Below, piece by piece: positions 6,703 to 10,802 of a stretch of DNA of 10,802 nt; position 1 is the stretch's first letter, and each line of letters begins with the position of its first letter. A program made the position numbers and the translations under genes. The stretch is taken from the NCBI GenBank assembly GCA_018260615.1, contig JAGWDQ010000040.1:1-10802 (forward strand). The letters are read 5' to 3'. Under the pieces are notes generated by a model that worked only from the letters and a program-made list of their open reading frames with translations, was not told the DNA's origin and searched no databases. The DNA is from Candidatus Altarchaeum sp. Its GTDB lineage: Archaea > Altiarchaeota > Altiarchaeia > Altiarchaeales > Altiarchaeaceae.

Positions 6703-7822
6703 TTAATGTGTTATCATCAATTTCTTTTAAAATTTCTCTTATACCTGTTAAAATTATCCCTGACTGTATCTTTATAGTTTCCTTTTGTGGATTTATAAAT
6801 AAAATGTTTTTCCCGGATAAATAAATCTTTTCTGCCCTGCTTATTCCCGCATCTCTTATTTCTTCCTTATCTTTAAACATTTTTAGTATTTCAATTACTT
6901 TATCTCTTTCAACGGGAATTTTTTCTTCACCTTCTTCCATCTCTATTTTTGGTTTTACATACAACAATTTATCAAGCATATCTGATATAAGGCGCCTTTT
7001 CTCAGCAATTTTCTCCTGAACAACTGAATTTATTTCTTTGCCTTCTTCAAGCAATATTCTCAAATCCCCGGGTTTCCCTCCGAAATATTTTATTGCCTTA
7101 TTTATGTCCTTAAATTTGTATTTCTTCAAAAATTTCCCTGCATTTTCTTCATCAAAATCATCAATCAAAATATAATTTGTCCTTCCTTCAAGCATCGCCT
7201 CATTATAAACCCTTTCAATGAACAAAGAGTCAGAAGACAAAGCAAAAACATGGCAAAGATGTAATTCTTTCGTTAAGCGGATGAAGAAATTAAACAATTT
7301 GTAAATCAATTTTCCGTTAATTTCCAGATCCCCTATAACCTGCAATTCATCAATGATCAAAACCGGAATTTTTTCTTCACTTATTTTCAGAAAATACTCT
7401 TCCAAAAATTCAAAAACATCCTCGGAACTTTTGGTTTCAAGAAATCCGTCAAGCATATCTTTTTCTATCGGAATGCCTGACAGGTATCTTCCTGCCAGTA
7501 CAAGTGCCTTTTTAGCGAGCTTTTCGCCTTTTTCTATTACCTTTTCAGATATTTCTTTTCTCTTAACTTTGAATAACACCCTTACAAATCCGCCATATTC
7601 TTTTATCAGTTTTCCCCGCAGATTTATATAAAAAACAGCATATTTGTCTTTTGGCAAATCATCAATTAAACTCGTTATTAAAGTTGTCTTTCCGCTATTT
7701 ATTGGCCCGTAAATAAAATTTATGAAATTTGGCTTTGCTCTTAAAATGCGCATAATTTCCTCTTTCTCCTTTTCCCTGTTAAAAAATTCAATGTCGTATT
7801 CAAATTTTTCGGTTGTATTCAT
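6692..7822 (-). CDS. Archaeal ATPase (ATPase_2 / MJ-type STAND family), copy B
   Basis: Identical to copy D from Met1 to SSDSLFIE, then a different C-terminal half. Confidence 0.92.
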   Translation of the reverse strand: MNTTEKFEYDIEFFNREKEKEEIMRILRAKPNFINFIYGPINSGKTTLITSLIDDLPKDKYAVFYINLRGKLIKEYGGFVRVLFKVKRKEISEKVIEKGEKLAKKALVLAGRYLSGIPIEKDMLDGFLETKSSEDVFEFLEEYFLKISEEKIPVLIIDELQVIGDLEINGKLIYKLFNFFIRLTKELHLCHVFALSSDSLFIERVYNEAMLEGRTNYILIDDFDEENAGKFLKKYKFKDINKAIKYFGGKPGDLRILLEEGKEINSVVQEKIAEKRRLISDMLDKLLYVKPKIEMEEGEEKIPVERDKVIEILKMFKDKEEIRDAGISRAEKIYLSGKNILFINPQKETIKIQSGIILTGIREILKEIDDNTLTIK

Positions 7823-8062
7823 TTTATCTTTATTTCTTTCTGTTAAAATTATTGTTCGGTAACAATATGAGCAATTAAAGCAAAGACATCAAGTAAATTT
7901 ACTGTCTTGTCATTATTTAAATCATAATATGCTTCAGAGCAAGTTAAATTTTCTAAATCTTTCTGTCCGCTTAAATATTGAGGCATTTTAACCATTCATA
8001 AGTTGTATTCATTTCATTTCCTTTAAAATTTCTCTTATTGCGAGCAAATCAAGTTTTGACTG
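7230..8062. repeat. 833-bp direct repeat, copy 2 (copy 1 at 4605-5437)
   Basis: See copy 1. Covers the 3' end of ATPase A, the spacer, and the 5' half of ATPase B. Confidence 0.92.
7849..7995 (-). CDS. Orphan dockerin-like mini-ORF, 48 aa (MVKMPQYLSGQKDLENLTCSEAYYDLNNDKTVNLLDVFALIAHIVTEQ); may be a gene remnant
   Basis: Hand-translated, ATG 7995 to TAA 7849. LLDVFALIAHIVT matches LLDVFALIDKIVT at the end of the surface protein. Confidence 0.55.
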   Translation of the reverse strand: MVKMPQYLSGQKDLENLTCSEAYYDLNNDKTVNLLDVFALIAHIVTEQ

Positions 8063-9124
8063 TGGTTTTATTGTCTCATTAGCACATTCGGCAAATAAAA
8101 TATTATCCTTGACAAGATACATTTTTATTACTTCACTAATATCATTGGCAGATATTTCATCTTTTTCACCAAACATTTTAAGTGTTGAAATTACCTTGGT
8201 ATAATCAACATTGTAAGAAACATTGTTATATTTTATTTCACTTCCGAATTCTTTGAGTTTTCTTAAAGTATCATTTGTTTCCTTCTTTCTGCTTTCCAGC
8301 ATTTCTTTCACTTCATTCATTATCTCTTTTCCCCTCTTTTTTGCATCTATGATTCTGATTAAATGTGCGGGCTTCCCCCCGATGTTTTTGTAAATAAGTT
8401 TCTGTTCCTCCTTGTTAATATTATATTTTCCTAAAAATTTCAAGGTTGTTTCTTCATCAAAATTATTTATTAGTAAATATCTGCACCTGTCTTTAAGTAT
8501 TGCTTCATTATAGACCCTTTCAATAAATAAAGAGTCAGAAGATAAAGCAAAGACATGACAGATATGCAGTTCTTTTGTTAAACCAATGAAAAAATTAAAC
8601 AATTTATAAATCAGTTTTCCATTAATCTCAAGACCGCCAATCATCTGTAATTCGTCAATTACCAAAACAGGCGTTTTGTGTTTTGCAATGTTTTTAAAAT
8701 ATTCTACAAGATAGTTAAACACATCTTCATTACTTTTTTCTTTGAAAAATGTTTCAAGCAAACTCTTATCCACAGGAATTCCATGGGATTTATATAATGT
8801 CTTTTCTCCTGTGGAAGTGATATGTTTTAAGACCTTTGTAAAAATATTTTTGATTTTTTTTAAGAATCCTCCTTCTTCAATTGCGAATAAAACCCTGATA
8901 AAATCCTCATATCTTATAATTGATTTTCTCCTTAAATTCACATAAAAAACAACATAATCATCAGGTAAATTTTCAATCATGTCTGTTATTAAAGTTGTCT
9001 TCCCGGAGTTTATTGGACCATAGATAAAATTGAGCAGTTGCGGCTCTGTCCTTAAAATGTTCAAAATTTCCCGTTTTTCATTTTCCCTGTCAAAAAATTC
9101 AATTTTTCGGATGTTTGGTTTCAT
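8009..9124 (-). CDS. Archaeal ATPase (ATPase_2 / MJ-type STAND family), copy A
   Basis: FFDRE, Walker A GPINSGKT and Walker B LVIDELQ. ATG 9124 is preferred over TTG 9163, which overlaps the upstream gene and adds residues absent from the paralogs. Confidence 0.9.
   Translation of the reverse strand: MKPNIRKIEFFDRENEKREILNILRTEPQLLNFIYGPINSGKTTLITDMIENLPDDYVVFYVNLRRKSIIRYEDFIRVLFAIEEGGFLKKIKNIFTKVLKHITSTGEKTLYKSHGIPVDKSLLETFFKEKSNEDVFNYLVEYFKNIAKHKTPVLVIDELQMIGGLEINGKLIYKLFNFFIGLTKELHICHVFALSSDSLFIERVYNEAILKDRCRYLLINNFDEETTLKFLGKYNINKEEQKLIYKNIGGKPAHLIRIIDAKKRGKEIMNEVKEMLESRKKETNDTLRKLKEFGSEIKYNNVSYNVDYTKVISTLKMFGEKDEISANDISEVIKMYLVKDNILFAECANETIKPQSKLDLLAIREILKEMK
8655..8958. repeat. 304-bp identical direct repeat, copy 2 (copy 1 at 6018-6321)
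   Basis: See copy 1. Confidence 0.92.
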
Positions 9125-9137
9125 AGTTTGTTTAAAT

Positions 9138-10580
9138 TTATCCTCCTGTAACAATTTTATCAATCAAAGCGAAGACATCTAATAAAGTTATCTCTGAATT
9201 TTCATTTCCAACAAATTTATAGTATCCTGGAATATTGCTATAACTTAATTGGTTGAAATTTTTCTGTCCACTTAAATATTCAAGCATTTCAACAGCATCA
9301 AAAAGGTCTTTTGCTTTAGTCCACAATAAATGTGAGTAAGAAACTCCTTCTTCAATACCCCAAACATTGTTGAAGTCCCATGCAGAATAAATGCCAATGC
9401 TCTTGTAGTAGAAATCACTCTTATTCGCTTGATTATAGGTAACGTTTGCTGAGATATTGCCTATTGCATTCGCTGGGCCGGAGCCAGTCCACCATCCACT
9501 ATTATTAACTACTGGAGAATCCCATCCAAAAAGTCCCACAAGTCCCCCAACATTAGTGGTCCCATTTACACTACCAGTTGAATAAGAATTATAGATGCCT
9601 GAAGTACCATAGAATCCACCACCAAGGCGCCCTAGATCGCCTACAAGACCGCCGACATTATTATTGCCCGAAACATTTCCTGTAGCATAAGAGTTATAAA
9701 TGTTCGCTCCGTTAATTTCTCCAATTAAACCACCAACGCTATTGTTACCTAAAACATTTCCGGTAGCATAACAATCTCTTACTGTAGCTGTATTTATGTG
9801 GCCTATCAGACCGCCCGTAGCGGTTCCCTGAGATATAACATTTCCAGTGGCAAAACATCGCTCTATTATATCTTGCCCTAAATGCCCGGCAACACCAACC
9901 AAACCACCTATATAATATGTTTCATTTGAACTGCTGGAAACAGTGGCAGCAGAGTAGGAATCATAAATTGATGTTGATTCAATTCTCCCTATCAACCCTC
10001 CACCACTATGTGAATCCGCTGAGAGTGTACCTGTGGATGAACAGTTAGTGATCACCGATGTCTCAGCCCAACCTCCCAGCGCACCAACCATGGAGTTTCC
10101 TGTTATGTTAACTTCTCTTAAGTGAACATTCCTAATAATTGCATTTTTCATACTACTTAATAACCCTACATTCGTCGAGGATGATATGTTTATGTACAGA
10201 CCTGTTATGCTTTTCTCATTTCCGTCAAGCGAACCAGTAAATGGAATATATGGGGATTCCCATACGCTACCATGACCCACAGGAATAAATCCTGCTCCGG
10301 CGTTCCAATTCTTGGTATCTGTGCAGTTTATAGAGTTATTTAGAGCATAACTTAAAGTCAAATTTTCATTCATTGCCTGTAATTGAGTGCAATTAGTAAT
10401 TATGCATGGATTTCCCGATGTTCCGTCTCCTGCCATTCCTGACGGACATGATGCATTCACATTCGTACTTAAAACCACAATAATTCCTAAAAAAACCAAA
10501 GCCAAAATCCCTAAATTTTTTAAATTTCCAAAAATTTCATTCCCCTTTGGCATTTCGCCAGCAAAATTTTTTGCATCCAT
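9138..10580 (-). CDS. Secreted GLUG-repeat surface (glyco)protein with a C-terminal dockerin-like tail
   Basis: Hydrophobic signal region ending NVNA|S. GLUG-family N-terminal signature GDGTSGNPCII..CTQLQAM...WNAGAGFIPVG...FTGSLDG. Repeated (V/I)GGL(V/I)G and (C/S)(Y/F)ATGNV motifs, and at least 14 N-x-S/T sequons. Confidence 0.85.
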   Translation of the reverse strand: MDAKNFAGEMPKGNEIFGNLKNLGILALVFLGIIVVLSTNVNASCPSGMAGDGTSGNPCIITNCTQLQAMNENLTLSYALNNSINCTDTKNWNAGAGFIPVGHGSVWESPYIPFTGSLDGNEKSITGLYINISSSTNVGLLSSMKNAIIRNVHLREVNITGNSMVGALGGWAETSVITNCSSTGTLSADSHSGGGLIGRIESTSIYDSYSAATVSSSSNETYYIGGLVGVAGHLGQDIIERCFATGNVISQGTATGGLIGHINTATVRDCYATGNVLGNNSVGGLIGEINGANIYNSYATGNVSGNNNVGGLVGDLGRLGGGFYGTSGIYNSYSTGSVNGTTNVGGLVGLFGWDSPVVNNSGWWTGSGPANAIGNISANVTYNQANKSDFYYKSIGIYSAWDFNNVWGIEEGVSYSHLLWTKAKDLFDAVEMLEYLSGQKNFNQLSYSNIPGYYKFVGNENSEITLLDVFALIDKIVTGG

Positions 10581-10598
10581 TTTACAAAATTTTAAAAC

Positions 10599-10630
10599 AT
10601 TATAAATTATTATAAATAAATTAAATTTTC
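10599..10630 (-). promoter_or_regulatory. Possible archaeal TATA box(es) for the surface-protein/ATPase block
   Basis: Minus-strand TTTATAAT at 10616-10609 and 10606-10599, with a purine run (GAAAA) upstream. The region is very AT-rich, so a chance match is plausible. Confidence 0.3.
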
Positions 10631-10780
10631 CTTTAAATAAATATTAAATTTTCCCTCCCTTTTATCGTCCCTCTCTTTCTCCGCATTTCATTTTTCCTTA
10701 TCCCTCGTATTCAATTTCCATCCTCCTCTTAATATATTCATCAAAATTTTTTTATCGTACAGGAAAGTTCGTTTTATTAT

Positions 10781-10802
10781 CCTCACACGGAGACACCGGG
10801 AC
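10781..10802. repeat. Probable left arm of a second copy of the REP-like element, truncated by the window edge
   Basis: CCTCACACGGAGACACCGGGAC is an 18/22 match to the reverse complement of 197-218. Confidence 0.55.

Noticed and set aside
5863-8657. Diversity-generating retroelement (template/variable repeat) explanation for the near-identical ATPase segments
   Set aside because: The A-vs-C mismatches involve all base types and are largely synonymous rather than confined to adenines, and no reverse transcriptase is in the window.
1595-8945. Other short overlapping ORFs in the track (1595-1951, 2439-2642, 2651-2854, 3649-3891, 3970-4278, 4728-5006, 5097-5366, 6105-6308, 7353-7631, 8742-8945)
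   Set aside because: They lie antisense or out of frame to well-supported genes and have no motifs. The duplicated ones recur only because the underlying DNA is repeated.
9125-9163. Longer ATPase A start at TTG 9163
   Set aside because: It overlaps the surface-protein gene by 26 nt and adds 13 residues with no counterpart in the paralogs. ATG 9124 fits better.
10387-10780. Plus-strand ORF 10387-10605 and short protein-like minus-strand fragments upstream of the surface gene
   Set aside because: The former is antisense to the surface-protein N-terminus. The latter are short, interrupted by stops, and have no recognisable homology.
1-10802. Insertion sequence, integrase, tRNA or rRNA gene
   Set aside because: No transposase or recombinase motifs, no cloverleaf-like GC-rich segment and no rRNA-like sequence were seen.

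Overview
AT-rich window, probably archaeal (inference from an archaeal-type TrmI and Methanocaldococcus-type ATPases). Every supportable gene is on the minus strand. In transcription order: a secreted GLUG-repeat surface protein with a dockerin-like C-terminal tail; five tandem archaeal P-loop ATPases of the MJ-type/ATPase_2 (STAND-class) family, called A (8009-9124), B (6692-7822), C (5384-6496), D (4076-5197) and E (2997-4079); a T4 Rnl1-like RNA ligase; a winged-helix protein; a TrmI tRNA m1A methyltransferase with a repeat-expanded charged tail; and a 51-aa two-helix membrane ORF missing from the ORF track. The most striking structure is the ATPase array. The copies are mosaics of DNA-identical modules joined to highly divergent C-terminal halves. 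The spacers ahead of B, C and D each hold an orphan copy of the surface protein's dockerin-like tail, and two spacers are bounded by 13-bp direct repeats that recreate a vestigial ATGA-coupled ATPase start. A short palindromic REP-like element family appears at both ends of the window. No CRISPR array, transposase, reverse transcriptase or RNA gene was seen.
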